Source: Isosphaera sp. (lineage in GTDB: Bacteria > Planctomycetota > Phycisphaerae > Phycisphaerales > UBA1924). From it: DNA of 64,000 bases. The stretch lies in assembly GCA_013822085.1 (NCBI GenBank), contig PNJV01000001.1, forward strand, positions 27,658-91,657. The letters run 5' to 3'. Positions 1-10,005 of the stretch are shown here, piece after piece (positions within the stretch are counted from its first letter, which is position 1; every line of letters starts with the position of its first letter). The position numbers and the translations under genes were made by a program. The notes under the pieces are model-generated. The model saw only the letters and a program-made list of their open reading frames with translations, ran no database searches and had not been told where the DNA came from.

Positions 1-807
1 CGCAGCGGGGCGTTCATGCTCGCCACCGGCGCCCCCGTGCGCGTGGGCGACGGCAACGCCCGCGAGCTGGCCTGGCTGGGCGCCAACCGCCGGCCGCGCC
101 CCCCGCGCACGCTCCACACCGTCGAGCGCATGATGGCCCTGGCCCACGCCGCGGGCGCAGCGGGGCACGCGCGGCGCGACATGCGGCTCTTCCCGCCACC
201 CCACGCGACCCCCCACGTGCCCCCCCAAGCGCCCGACGCCCGCCCGCCGGCCCCGTTTGCGGTCCTGGCCCCCACCTCCGCCTGGCCCGGCAAGCGCTGG
301 CCCCCCGAGCGCTTCGCCCAGCTGGCCCGCGGCGTGCTCGCTGCGCGGCTGGCCGAGGCCGTCGTGATCGTGGGGGCCCCGGCCGAGCGAGAGCAGTCCG
401 GCCCGCTCCTGCGCGCCCTGGCCGACGAGCCCCGCGCCCTGGACATGGTCGGCTCGACCGGCGTGGGCGGGCTCATGCGCCTGATCGAGCGCGCGGCGTT
501 GGTCGTCGCGTGCGACTCCGCCGCCCTGCACATCGCTGTGGGCCTTGGCGTCCCCGCGGTGGGCCTCTACGGCCCCACCGACACCCGCCTGGTCGGCCCG
601 TACCCGGGCGCCACCGGCGGGCCGTGCGTCGTCGTGCAATCGCCCGCCGCAGCCGCGGCCGTGGCCGACGCCGGGCCCGGCCTGCACAAGCGCCACGACC
701 AGGGCTCGCGTCTGATGGCCATGATCAGCGTCGAGCAGGCCCTGGGCGCGTGCGAACAGGCGCTGGCGGGCGCCCGGGCGCAGCCCCTCACCGCAGCCGC
801 ACCGTGA
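1..807 (+). CDS. glycosyltransferase family 9 (heptosyltransferase-like), C-terminal part; 5' end lies outside the window
   Basis: Frame 1 is open from base 1, so the ATG at 16 is probably internal. GT9-type C-terminal half: KRWPPERFAQLA, VVIVGAPAERE, VACDSAALHIAVGLGVPAVGLYGPTD. Confidence 0.7.
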   Translation, partial: RSGAFMLATGAPVRVGDGNARELAWLGANRRPRPPRTLHTVERMMALAHAAGAAGHARRDMRLFPPPHATPHVPPQAPDARPPAPFAVLAPTSAWPGKRWPPERFAQLARGVLAARLAEAVVIVGAPAEREQSGPLLRALADEPRALDMVGSTGVGGLMRLIERAALVVACDSAALHIAVGLGVPAVGLYGPTDTRLVGPYPGATGGPCVVVQSPAAAAAVADAGPGLHKRHDQGSRLMAMISVEQALGACEQALAGARAQPLTAAAP

Positions 808-3022
808 CCGGCTGGCCGTCCCGGCCGACGCCCTCGACCACGCCCGACTCGGTCACCACGCGCACGATCAGGGGCCGATCGATCCGCTGGCGGTTGCCCT
901 CCGCCGAGCCGATCGCCACCGTCACGGTGTCGCCGCGGCGTGTGGCCGTGTAGGTGGTGCGGAGGAAGTCGCCCTGCTGGTAGCCGAAGCCGTCGCCGGC
1001 GTCCTCGTAGAGCGTGCCGGTGGCGGCGCCGCGCTCGTCCAGGCACACGTAGAGCGTCAGCGGGTCCAGCGGCCTCTGGCCCGTCCACTCGATGATCGGC
1101 CCGGTGGGGATGATGGCCCCGCCGCGGATGTACAGGCCCGGGCTGCGCTCGTCGGCGCTGGGGTGGACGTCGAACTTGCGCCAGACCCCGCCGGGCATGA
1201 GGGCCACGCGCGAGCGGTCGGGCATGAGCTGCGGCGCCACCAGCAGCCCCGAGCCGAGCAGGAACGTGTCGTCCTCCGAGCGCAGGGCCGGGTCCTTGGG
1301 GTCGGCGAAGAACGTCGGGCGTGCCACGGGCAGCCCGGTGCGCGCCGCCTCGTCAAAGAGCGAGTACAGGTAGGGCAGCAGGATGTAGCGCCGCTCCAGG
1401 GCCACGCGCGCCGAGAGCTCGATCTCCGGCCCGAACGACCACGGCTCCTTGTCGATGTTGCCCTTGGCCGTGTGCCCGCGCGAGAAGGGCAGGAGCGCCC
1501 CGAACCCGAGCCAGCGCGCAAAGAACTCGCCGCGGGCCGCGTCGTCGCGCGGGCCGTTGCCGATGAAGCCCCCGATGTCCGGCCCCGAGAACGCCCACCC
1601 CGACAGGCCCAGGTTGAGCACCATCGGCACCGACTGCTCCATGTCCGTCCACGTCGCCGAGTTGTCCCCGGTCCAGCTGGCCGCGTACCTCTGCGAGCCC
1701 ATGAACCCCGCCCGCGTGAGCACGAACGGCCGCCGCTGCGGGTTGGCCGCCTTGATCCCTTCGTAGGTGCCCTGGGTCATCAGGAGCCCGTACACGTTGT
1801 GGAAGCGCGCGTGCGGCCCCGGCGTGACCACCTGCGGCTCCTGGCCGGGGTACGCCGCGTACGCCCCGCCGCGGTGGGCGTTGTCCTCGGTCATGGTCTT
1901 GGTGGCCACGTCGAAGATCGCCGGCTCGTTCATGTCGTTCCACACGCCGTTGATCCCGTTGGCCATGTACGGCCCGAAGAGCCCCGCCCACCACCGGCGC
2001 ACCTCGTCGGAGGTGTAGTCGGGGAACACGCACAGCCCGGGCCACACCGCGCCCTTGTACGCGCCGCCGGAGGCCGTCTTGACCTCGTACCCGCGGCTCA
2101 TCAGCTCGTCGTGAAGCGCAAAGCCCTTCTCGGCCTTGATCCCCGGGTTGATCATCCAGATCGCGTGGAACCCCTTGGCCGTCAGCTCGTCGTTGAGGCC
2201 CTTGGGGTCCGGGAAGTGCCCCTTGTCGAACGTGAACACCCGGTAGCCGTCCATGTAGTCGATGTCGAACCAGATCACGTCGGCGGGGATCTTCCGCTGG
2301 CGGAACCCGTCGGCGATCTGACGCACGCGGTCCTCGGGGAAGTACGAGTACCGGCACTGGTGGTACCCGATGGCCCACAGCGGCGGCAGCGGCATCGTCC
2401 CGCTCAGCTCGCCCAGCGCCATGAGCGTCTGCTCCGGCGTGTCCCGCTCGATCACGTACACGGGCGCCGGCGGGCCCTCGGAGGCGAAGCGGATCCCGTC
2501 TTCCAGGTCGATCTCCGTGCGCCACGTCGTGTCGCACAGGACCCCGAAGCACGTCCCGTCGGGCCGCACCGCCAGCACCCACGGGTGGCTCTTGTAGAGC
2601 GACGGGAACTTGCTCGGGTCGTCGTTGTACCCGTACGAGTCGGTGTTCCAGGTGCGCGCTGTCCGGCCGTTGCGCAGCAGCGGGCCGGCCTGCTCGCCGG
2701 TGCCGTAGAGCGACGTGCCCGGCTCGATGCCGATCCGCACCTCGTGCCGCCCGTCGGGCAGACGCTGGAACCGCGGCGTCACGCGGCCGGCCGGGACCAC
2801 GCCCGGCTGAGCCAGGAAGACCCGCTGGAGCGCGAAGGTCGCCTCGGCGTCGCGCTGGGTGTAGTACGGGGCCACAAAGCGGGCCACGGGCGCGCTGACG
2901 CCCGCGAGCATCTCGCCGCGGCCCGGCTCCAGGTCGGCCATCGCCCCCGCCACCGGGAAGAGCACCGAGAGCGCCCACGCCCGCAAGAGCCACCACGCCG
3001 ACCGCCGCTGCGCCTGAGCCAT
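788..3022 (-). CDS. alpha-glucosidase, glycoside hydrolase family 31, probably secreted
   Basis: ATG at 3022 (MAQAQRRSAWWLLRAWALSVLFPVAG, signal-like) inside the longer ORF 788..4462. GH31 signatures IWFDIDYMDGYRVFTFD and GVWNDMNEPAIF. The 3' end overlaps the convergent GT9 gene by 20 nt. Confidence 0.85.
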   Translation of the reverse strand: MAQAQRRSAWWLLRAWALSVLFPVAGAMADLEPGRGEMLAGVSAPVARFVAPYYTQRDAEATFALQRVFLAQPGVVPAGRVTPRFQRLPDGRHEVRIGIEPGTSLYGTGEQAGPLLRNGRTARTWNTDSYGYNDDPSKFPSLYKSHPWVLAVRPDGTCFGVLCDTTWRTEIDLEDGIRFASEGPPAPVYVIERDTPEQTLMALGELSGTMPLPPLWAIGYHQCRYSYFPEDRVRQIADGFRQRKIPADVIWFDIDYMDGYRVFTFDKGHFPDPKGLNDELTAKGFHAIWMINPGIKAEKGFALHDELMSRGYEVKTASGGAYKGAVWPGLCVFPDYTSDEVRRWWAGLFGPYMANGINGVWNDMNEPAIFDVATKTMTEDNAHRGGAYAAYPGQEPQVVTPGPHARFHNVYGLLMTQGTYEGIKAANPQRRPFVLTRAGFMGSQRYAASWTGDNSATWTDMEQSVPMVLNLGLSGWAFSGPDIGGFIGNGPRDDAARGEFFARWLGFGALLPFSRGHTAKGNIDKEPWSFGPEIELSARVALERRYILLPYLYSLFDEAARTGLPVARPTFFADPKDPALRSEDDTFLLGSGLLVAPQLMPDRSRVALMPGGVWRKFDVHPSADERSPGLYIRGGAIIPTGPIIEWTGQRPLDPLTLYVCLDERGAATGTLYEDAGDGFGYQQGDFLRTTYTATRRGDTVTVAIGSAEGNRQRIDRPLIVRVVTESGVVEGVGRDGQPVTVRLR

Positions 3023-3180
3023 TGTGTTCTCCACGCGCTCGCGCTTGCACGCGGGCGGTGGGGCAGTATACCGGCCTGCGCGCGGCGCTGTGTCGGCCCA
3101 AACCGCGCCGATCCGAGCCTGGCGGGCCGCTTGCGGAGAACCCCCACCCCCCCACCCCTTGCATCCTCGATACCCCGTCG

Positions 3181-4440
3181 TCAGACCCGCGAGCCACCGC
3201 GGGCAAAGACCACGTACCGGCTGATCAGGAAGTTGAACGCCATGCCCGCCGCCACGCCGAACGGCACCGCCAGCGGCGTCGGCGACCCCTCGGCCAGCCA
3301 GCTCAACGCCCGCGCCGTCACGACGTACTGGATCACCGCGCCCACCAGGCACGTGAGCACGAAGCCGACCAGCTGCGTGACGACCGACCCGCCGCGCGCG
3401 TGCCCGAACGTGAACCGGCGGTTGAGCGCAAAGTTCGAGAGGATCGACACCCCGATCCCCCACCGCAAGGCCCACTGCGTGCCCGCCCCGAGCCGCTCGG
3501 CGGCCAGCACCGTGCCCATGTTCACCGCCATCCCCGAGGCGCCGACAAGCCCGAACTGCGCCAGGGCCGCCAGGTTCGGGTGCTTGTACGTGAGCAGCCG
3601 ACGCACGTGGCGCAGGTAGCGCACCTGCTCCTTGAGGCTCAGCTTGCTCTGGCCGTGCACGCGGTCGGCAAAGTGGATCGGCACCTCGGCCAGCCGGCGC
3701 ACCCGGCACTTGACCAGCAGCTCCAGCCCGATCTTGTACCCGATCGGGCTCAGGGCGTCGGCGCGCTCGAACGTCTCCCGCCGCAGCCCGAAGTACCCCG
3801 CCATCGGGTCCTTGGCCCGCGTCAGCGGGCGGGCGATGAGCGTGGCCACCGAGCTGTTGAGCCGGCGGAAGAGCCCCCAGTCCCCCGCCGTGGTGCCCCC
3901 CGGCGTGTACCGGCTGCCGATGACGAACTCGGCCCCGGCCTCCAGCGCCGCGATCATCTCCGGGATCTTTTCGGGCGGGTGGCTCAGGTCCGCGTCCATG
4001 ACGATCATCGCGTCGGCGTCGCAGGAGCGCAGGCCGTCGATCACCGCCGGGCTCAGCCCGCGCTGGGTGGTGCGCACCACGATCCGCGCCCACCCACTCC
4101 CATCCGCCCCGCCTCCCACGCTCCCCCCCGCTCCCTCCGATGCTGCTGCCCGGGCCACCGCCTCGACCGAGCCGTCCCGGCTGTTGTCGTCCATGAAGAC
4201 CAGGCTCAGCGTCACTCCCCCGCCGCGCAGGGCCCGGCGCACCGCCCCGACCCGCTCGATCATCAGCGGGATGTTGAGCGCTTCGCGGTACGTCGGCACG
4301 ATCACGCCGACCGAGCGGATCGCCCCCGCGCTGGGGTCGGCGCGCAGCGTCGCCCCGGCCTGGCCGGCCACCTCCACGACCACCGCGCCGCGTGCCGCCG
4401 CGCCCCGGGGCGCCAGATTCGCTCGCTCGTGTGTGCTCAT
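3181..4440 (-). CDS. polyprenyl-phosphate glycosyltransferase (GT2, DPM1/ArnC-like) fused to a C-terminal GtrA-like membrane domain
   Basis: ATG at 4440 (MSTHERANL) within ORF 3181..5586. VIVPTYREALNIP and VMDADLSHPP (DxD) in the catalytic part, then GtrA-like FGLVGASGMAVNMG...LNRRFTFG with about 4 hydrophobic helices. Confidence 0.8.
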   Translation of the reverse strand: MSTHERANLAPRGAAARGAVVVEVAGQAGATLRADPSAGAIRSVGVIVPTYREALNIPLMIERVGAVRRALRGGGVTLSLVFMDDNSRDGSVEAVARAAASEGAGGSVGGGADGSGWARIVVRTTQRGLSPAVIDGLRSCDADAMIVMDADLSHPPEKIPEMIAALEAGAEFVIGSRYTPGGTTAGDWGLFRRLNSSVATLIARPLTRAKDPMAGYFGLRRETFERADALSPIGYKIGLELLVKCRVRRLAEVPIHFADRVHGQSKLSLKEQVRYLRHVRRLLTYKHPNLAALAQFGLVGASGMAVNMGTVLAAERLGAGTQWALRWGIGVSILSNFALNRRFTFGHARGGSVVTQLVGFVLTCLVGAVIQYVVTARALSWLAEGSPTPLAVPFGVAAGMAFNFLISRYVVFARGGSRV

Positions 4441-5426
4441 CAGTAGTTCGGCGTCGGCGCACGGAAGGCTGACAGGTCCACGGAGCGGAAGTACTCGACC
4501 GTCCGAGCCAGCCCGTCGCGCAGCCTCACCCGCGGCTCCCACCCCAGCCGCTGGCGCGCAAGGGAGATGTCCGGCTGGCGCTGCCTGGGGTCGTCGGCCA
4601 CCGCCGGCCGCGTCACGATGCGCGAGCGCGAGCCGGTCAGCTCGATCGTCAGCTCGGCCAGCTGGCGGATCGTGAACTCGTCCGGGTTGCCGACGTTCAC
4701 CGGCCCCACGAACTGGTCGGGGCCCTCCATCATCCGCACCAGCCCCTCGATCAGGTCGTCCACGTAGCAGAACGAGCGCGACTGCGCCCCGTCGCCGTAG
4801 ATCGTCACGTCCTCCCCCCGCAGGGCCTGGCGGATGAAGTTCGACACCACCCGGCCGTCGTAGGGGTGCATCCGCGGCCCGTACGTGTTGAAGATCCGCA
4901 CCACGCGCACGTTGACGCCGTTGGAGCGGTGGTAGTCGAAGAACAGCGTCTCGGCGGCGCGCTTGCCCTCGTCGTAGCACGCCCGGGGCCCGATGGGGTT
5001 GACGTGGCCGACGTAGCTCTCGGGCTGCGGGTGCACCTCGGGGTCGCCGTACACCTCGCTGGTCGACGCCTGGAGGATCTTGGCCCGGCAGCGTTTGGCC
5101 ATCCCCAGCACGTTGATCGCCCCCATCACCGAGGTCTTCATGGTCTTGATGGGGTTGTACTGGTAATGCCCCGGCGCCGCAGGGCAGGCCAGGTTGTAGA
5201 TCTGGTCGACCTCGAGCCACAGCGGGTGGGTCACGTCGTGGCGGATCAGCTCGAAGTTCGGCCGCGAGAGCAACCCCGCCACGTTGCCCTTCTGGCTCGT
5301 GAAGAAGTTGTCCACGCAGATCACGTCGTGCCCGGCGCCGACCAGCCGCTCGCACAGGTGCGAGCCGAGGAACCCCGCGCCCCCGGTTACCAAGACGCGC
5401 TTGACGCTGCTTGCCATGCTGGCCAA
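4440..5426 (-). CDS. UDP-glucuronate decarboxylase / UDP-xylose synthase-like SDR
   Basis: [18 protein letters not shown] Rossmann motif, YDEGKRAAE (YxxxK), overall collinear with UXS/ArnA-decarboxylase type enzymes. Its stop codon shares one base with the start of the downstream GT2 gene (TGATG). Confidence 0.75.
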   Translation of the reverse strand: MASMASSVKRVLVTGGAGFLGSHLCERLVGAGHDVICVDNFFTSQKGNVAGLLSRPNFELIRHDVTHPLWLEVDQIYNLACPAAPGHYQYNPIKTMKTSVMGAINVLGMAKRCRAKILQASTSEVYGDPEVHPQPESYVGHVNPIGPRACYDEGKRAAETLFFDYHRSNGVNVRVVRIFNTYGPRMHPYDGRVVSNFIRQALRGEDVTIYGDGAQSRSFCYVDDLIEGLVRMMEGPDQFVGPVNVGNPDEFTIRQLAELTIELTGSRSRIVTRPAVADDPRQRQPDISLARQRLGWEPRVRLRDGLARTVEYFRSVDLSAFRAPTPNY

Positions 5427-5489
5427 TCGTCCTCACCAGCCGGCCCCAAAGCCAGCCCGAGCGCGATTTCTTTCCGCCCCCGCCGCCGC

Positions 5490-6209
5490 TCAGCCCCCGA
5501 CCGGCGGGATCGTCAGCCTGGTGCCCACCTTGAGCCGGTCCGGGTCCGGGATCACCCCGCGGTTGGCCTCGTAGATCCGCCGCCACAGCCCGGCTCGGCC
5601 GTAGACCTTTTTGGAGATCTCCGAGAGCGTGTCGTTGGGCGCGACGACGTACACGCGCCCCTGGTCAGCGGGCTGGCCCGCCCCGGGGGCCGGCCGCGGC
5701 GGTTGCTCCTGAGCGTTGACCGGCGCCGCGGGCGCCTCGACGACCACGCCCTGCACGTTCTTGGGGTCGCGCGGGATGCGCAGCTTGGTCCGCCCCGGGA
5801 TCAGCTTGTGCGGCGAGACGAACGGGTTGGCCGAGGAGATCACAGCCCCGAGCGACGCGTCGCCGTACACGCGCAGCGCGATCCGCTCGAACGAGACGTC
5901 CCCGCTGCGCACCGTGTACTCGTCGAACTGCGGCGCCACGACGACGCCCCGCCCCGACCCGCCCTGGGTCCCGCCGGCCCCGGACCGGGCGCCGCCGATC
6001 GGCTGGGGCGTGGCCGCGGGCGCGTCGCCGGGCATACCGGGGACGTCGACGGCGACCGCCACCGGTCGGTCGGCAAAGAAGACCTCGCCCTCGGGCTTCT
6101 TGGGCGGCTCGTAGATCCAGAACACCACGACCCACACCCCGATGAGCAGGGCAAAGACTCCGATCATCCTTGATGGGTTCGATGCCACGTCGCCGCTCCC
6201 AGCGGGCAC
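5490..6209 (-). CDS. membrane-anchored protein with two LysM domains
   Basis: N-terminal hydrophobic helix MIGVFALLIGVWVVVFWIY. Two LysM-like units: YTVRSGDVSFERIALRVYG...LRIP and YVVAPNDTLSEISKKVYG...LTIP. Start may be the internal ATG at 6167. Confidence 0.7.
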   Translation of the reverse strand: MPAGSGDVASNPSRMIGVFALLIGVWVVVFWIYEPPKKPEGEVFFADRPVAVAVDVPGMPGDAPAATPQPIGGARSGAGGTQGGSGRGVVVAPQFDEYTVRSGDVSFERIALRVYGDASLGAVISSANPFVSPHKLIPGRTKLRIPRDPKNVQGVVVEAPAAPVNAQEQPPRPAPGAGQPADQGRVYVVAPNDTLSEISKKVYGRAGLWRRIYEANRGVIPDPDRLKVGTRLTIPPVGG

Positions 6210-6313
6210 GCCCGGCCGCGCCCACAGACTCTATCGGCCCGGACCGACGCGCCGGGCGCACGGTCCGCAGCTGACAGTCCGTGCGGGGGGGATCTGTGCG
6301 GGTGGCGCCGGGC

Positions 6314-9300
6314 TCAGGAGGCCACCGCGGCGCCGGGCAGGCTCGGCACAGCCCCGTTGCCAGCCGAGGCGCCCTGCCCCGCAGCCGGGCCGCGAGCGCC
6401 GGTCGGGCCGCGTTCGCCACGCCGGCTCCAGGCCAGCGGCGCCCCGATGGCCACCGACGAGTACGTCCCGACGACGATGCCGACGACGAACGAGAAGGCA
6501 AAGGCCCGCACCGCCTCGCCGCCGTCGAGGTAGAGCACCAGGCTGGCCAGGATCGTCGTGCCGCCGGTCATGAGCGTCCGGCTGAAGGTCTGGTTGACGG
6601 AGCGGTTGACGACCTCGGCGCTGACATAGGGCAGCTTGCCCTTGTTCTCGCGGATCCGGTCCATGATCACGATCTTGTCGTTGAGCGAGTACCCCAGGAT
6701 CGTCAGCAGGGCGGCGATGACGTTGAGGTCCACCTTGAAGGGCAGCAGGCCCAGGCTCGAGGCTAGGGCCGGGGACGCCTCGTAGAAGTACCCCGCCGCG
6801 GCCAGCGCGCCCGCCGCGATCACGCAGTCGTGCAGCGTCGGGACGATGGTGGCCAGCGAGAACCGCAGCGAGCTGAATCGCACCCACACGTAGAGAACGA
6901 TCAGGCCCGCCGAGAGCACCATGGCCACGATCGCCTGGGCCACGAACCCCGCCGCGACGGCCGGGCTGATCGACTCGACCTCCGAGAGCGATCGCTCGCG
7001 CGTCAGGGCCTCGCGCACCAGGCGCCACTCCGTCTCGCGCAGCTCCGCCGCCCAGCGCTGCTGGTCGTCGAAGTACGACACGGCCTCGTCCCTGACCAGC
7101 AGGGCCGCGGTGCGCACGGCCTCGGGGTCCCCGTCGACGACCACGACCTCCCAGCGCCTGGCCCCAGCGTCGCCGAAGCCCGGCTCGTTGCGGATCCGCC
7201 GGAGCCGCTCCTGGAGGCTGCGCAGCGTCGGGGGCCTGGGCCCGATATCGCCGATCACCACCGCGGCCCCGCCGACGTACTCGGCGACGCTCTGGCGCAC
7301 CTCGGGCCGGTCGATGTTGTCGCCGAGCACGCCGGTCACGACCGGCCGGACCAGGTCCGCCCGCGCCTGGGCCTGGCCTGAGCCCTCGAAGCTGAGCACC
7401 GGCTCCTGATCGAGCCGGCCCTCGAACACGCGCGTCAGCGCCGCCGAGACCGCCGGCAGGTCGCTGATGGTGGTGGTGATCGAGAACCGCGACGCCGTGA
7501 CCTGATCGGCCTGCGGGTCCTGGGGGAGCACCTCGGCCTCGCGCAGCGGGAGCAGCGGGCCCTGGGCCACCGAGCGCACAAGCTCGGACACCTCCGAGCG
7601 CGTCATGGTCATGGGCCGGCCCGTCGCCGGGTCGTTACGGAACGTCACCTGCACGCGGGTCCCGCCGACAAAGACGGTGTCGAACAGGTCGCCCCACCGG
7701 GCCCAGATCATCACCACCGACCCGACCACCGCCAGCGTCGACACGGCCGCGAACACGCGCCGCGCGCTGAGCCAGGCGATCGACGGCGTCAGCAGGCGCT
7801 GGAGCGCGGGCACGGCCGTGGGCAGCATCGACATCTTGCGCAGCCCGACGCGCTCGATCAGCAGGTCGTAGATCGCGCGCGTCACGTACAGCTGGCAGAA
7901 CAGCGTCGTCATCACGCCGACGGACATCGTGATGGCGAACCCCTTGATCTCCTCGGTGCCGGTGGTGTACAGCACCGCGCAGGCGATCAGGTTGGTCACG
8001 TTCCCGTCGACGATCGCGCTGAACGCCCGCGCGTAGGCCAGCCGCACGCCCGTGCGCAGGTCCGAGCCGCGCAGCACCTCCTCGCGCAGGCGCTCGTAGA
8101 TCAGCACGTTGGCGTCGACGGCCATGCCGAACGTCAGCACGATCCCCGCGATCCCGGGCAGCGAGAACGCCGAGCCCATCAGCGCCATCACGCCCAGGAG
8201 CATCAGCGCGTTGACCACCAGCGCCGCCACGGCGATCAGCCCGCCGCCGAAGTAGTACGCCACCATGAACCCCGCCACGAGCACGAACGAGACCACGCCG
8301 GACTCCAGGCCGCGGCGCAGGTTGTCGGCCCCCAGCTGCGGCCCCACGCTCGTCTCGCTGATCGGCTCGGGCGAGAGCTTGGCCGCAAGCGACCCCGCGT
8401 TGAGGACCTGCACGATGTAGTTGATCTCGGCGCGCGAAAAGTTGCCGGCGATCTGCCCGCTCTCGCTGATGGCCCCGAGGATGTTCGGGGCCGTGTAGAC
8501 CTGGTCGTCGAGCAGGATCGCCATCGGGCGCTGGAGGTTGGCACTGGTCAGCTGCCGCATGCGCTCGGCGCCCAGCGGGTCCATGCGGAACCCGATCGCG
8601 TCGCGGCCCTGCTCGTCGCGCGAGAGCGACGCCCCCGACACCCCGCCCCCGACACCCTCCCCGGGCAGGAGCCGCAGCCCGGGCGTGTCGTACAGCAGCA
8701 CGTACAGCTCGCCGTCGTACTCGTCGGCCACCAGGCGGAACCGGCCGGCGAACCACCCGGGGGCGTCCGTGCGCGCCCGCTCGATCTCCTCGACCGACCC
8801 GAGCCCGTCGAACCACTGCTCCTCGTCGTTGATCCGGTACCAGCGCGCCTCGGCCGAGCGCGCCCCGCGCGGCCCCGACTGGCGCAGCTGCTCGCGCGCC
8901 GCGGCCTCCGAGGCCAGCTCCCCCGGCTGGGGCGCGATGCGGAACGTCAGCTCGCCCGCCCCGCGCATGATCCGCTTGAGGTCCGCCGGGTCGTCGAACG
9001 ACCGCCGCTCGATCTGCCAGCTCACGTACTTGGCCTGCACCGCGTCGATCCGCTCGGCCAGCTCGGGGTGCGACGCCTTGAGCCGCCCCACGGCGCGCTC
9101 CCTTGGCGAGGGCACCCGCACGCGCTCGCCGCGCTCGTTGGTGACGAACCGGTCCCGGTCGCTCAGCTCGAGGGCCGCCCGCACCTCCGCCGCCGTCAGC
9201 CCGGACCGCTCGATCCTCCCGCGCACCTCCGACAGGGCGATGTTGGCCCGCGCCACCTTGCCCGCCGCGTCCTCCAGCCCGCGCTCGGCGGCGCGCTTGT

Positions 9301-9904
9301 TTTCCTCCAGGAGCGCAACGACGTCCTGCGGCAGGCCGGCTGCGCGCGCCTCGTCCACCCCTCGGCCCGCCGCCGCGATCGCCTCCTCGAACCTCGGCCG
9401 CGCCGCAGCGAACTCCTCGGCCGCCGCCCTGGCCGCGTCGAACGCAACCGCGCCGCTCTGCAGCTCCGCCTGGCGCTCGGCCGAGCCGCGCGCCAGGCGC
9501 TCAAGCTCGCCGGCCCGCTCGGCGCCGCCCAGCCGCAGCGCCCGCTCCAGACGCTCGGCCGTCAGCGCGCTCTGGGTCAGCTCCTCCAGCGACGCCTCGT
9601 ACTCCTGGCGCAGCGCGCGGCTCTGCCCCGAGGCCAGCGGCATGCTGACCTCCAGCCGGTTGCTCCCCACCACGCTCACCGACACGTCCAGCACGCCCTG
9701 AGGGTCCACGCGCTGCTTGATCAGCTGCCGCACGCGCTCCATCAGGTCCGGCGGGTCGCCCGGCCGTAGCTCCACCTGGTACACGAGCGTCGAGCCGCCC
9801 GCCAGGTCCTTGGCGCGGTTGAGCTTGCGCTCCGGCGGCACGATCAGCACGATCGACAGGGCCACGATCGCCAGGATGATCACGATTCTTCGGTAGAGAT
9901 TCAT
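6314..9904 (-). CDS. secDF: fused protein translocase subunit SecDF
   Basis: 1196-aa ORF. SecD-type LAGGSTLVYQVEL, GELTFRIAP, GPQLGADNLRRGL. SecF-type GYSLNDKIVIMDRIREN. Two 6-TM blocks. Conserved tgt-yajC-secDF gene order. Confidence 0.9.
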   Translation of the reverse strand: MNLYRRIVIILAIVALSIVLIVPPERKLNRAKDLAGGSTLVYQVELRPGDPPDLMERVRQLIKQRVDPQGVLDVSVSVVGSNRLEVSMPLASGQSRALRQEYEASLEELTQSALTAERLERALRLGGAERAGELERLARGSAERQAELQSGAVAFDAARAAAEEFAAARPRFEEAIAAAGRGVDEARAAGLPQDVVALLEENKRAAERGLEDAAGKVARANIALSEVRGRIERSGLTAAEVRAALELSDRDRFVTNERGERVRVPSPRERAVGRLKASHPELAERIDAVQAKYVSWQIERRSFDDPADLKRIMRGAGELTFRIAPQPGELASEAAAREQLRQSGPRGARSAEARWYRINDEEQWFDGLGSVEEIERARTDAPGWFAGRFRLVADEYDGELYVLLYDTPGLRLLPGEGVGGGVSGASLSRDEQGRDAIGFRMDPLGAERMRQLTSANLQRPMAILLDDQVYTAPNILGAISESGQIAGNFSRAEINYIVQVLNAGSLAAKLSPEPISETSVGPQLGADNLRRGLESGVVSFVLVAGFMVAYYFGGGLIAVAALVVNALMLLGVMALMGSAFSLPGIAGIVLTFGMAVDANVLIYERLREEVLRGSDLRTGVRLAYARAFSAIVDGNVTNLIACAVLYTTGTEEIKGFAITMSVGVMTTLFCQLYVTRAIYDLLIERVGLRKMSMLPTAVPALQRLLTPSIAWLSARRVFAAVSTLAVVGSVVMIWARWGDLFDTVFVGGTRVQVTFRNDPATGRPMTMTRSEVSELVRSVAQGPLLPLREAEVLPQDPQADQVTASRFSITTTISDLPAVSAALTRVFEGRLDQEPVLSFEGSGQAQARADLVRPVVTGVLGDNIDRPEVRQSVAEYVGGAAVVIGDIGPRPPTLRSLQERLRRIRNEPGFGDAGARRWEVVVVDGDPEAVRTAALLVRDEAVSYFDDQQRWAAELRETEWRLVREALTRERSLSEVESISPAVAAGFVAQAIVAMVLSAGLIVLYVWVRFSSLRFSLATIVPTLHDCVIAAGALAAAGYFYEASPALASSLGLLPFKVDLNVIAALLTILGYSLNDKIVIMDRIRENKGKLPYVSAEVVNRSVNQTFSRTLMTGGTTILASLVLYLDGGEAVRAFAFSFVVGIVVGTYSSVAIGAPLAWSRRGERGPTGARGPAAGQGASAGNGAVPSLPGAAVAS

Positions 9905-9948
9905 CGGTCCTCGTCACTCGCTCTGGTGTGTACGGGTCGCCCTCGCCG

Positions 9949-9997
9949 CAGCCCCGGCCCTCGCCCAGCCCCGCCCTCGCCAAGCCCCGCCCCGGCC
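9949..9997. repeat. three imperfect tandem copies of a 16-17-nt unit (cagccccg(g)ccctcgcc) in the yajC-secDF spacer
   Basis: Read directly: cagccccggccctcgcc / cagccccgccctcgcc / aagccccgccccggcc. A further gccctcgcc lies just upstream at 9938. Confidence 0.8.
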
Positions 9998-10005
9998 CAA
10001 GTGGC

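Noticed and set aside
1163-3619. 818-aa ORF on the plus strand opposite the GH31 gene. Similar giant ORFs include 15018..16715, 16712..18724, 19759..21687, 24059..25897, 29170..31533, 32004..33377, 35378..37483, 38029..40884, 45234..47429 and 56875..59625.
   Set aside because: These are shadow ORFs expected in very GC-rich DNA. Their translations are Arg/Pro/Gly/Ala/His-rich with no recognisable motif. Each is fully overlapped by a gene on the other strand with clear family signatures.
788-4462. Single 1224-aa ORF, plus the 801-aa ORF 3181..5586 and the 843-aa ORF 10629..13160, taken at face value.
   Set aside because: The N-terminal parts are Arg/Gly-rich read-through of upstream genes in another frame. 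Homology starts at internal ATGs (3022, 4440, 11927), which also give sensible signal peptides or N-termini.
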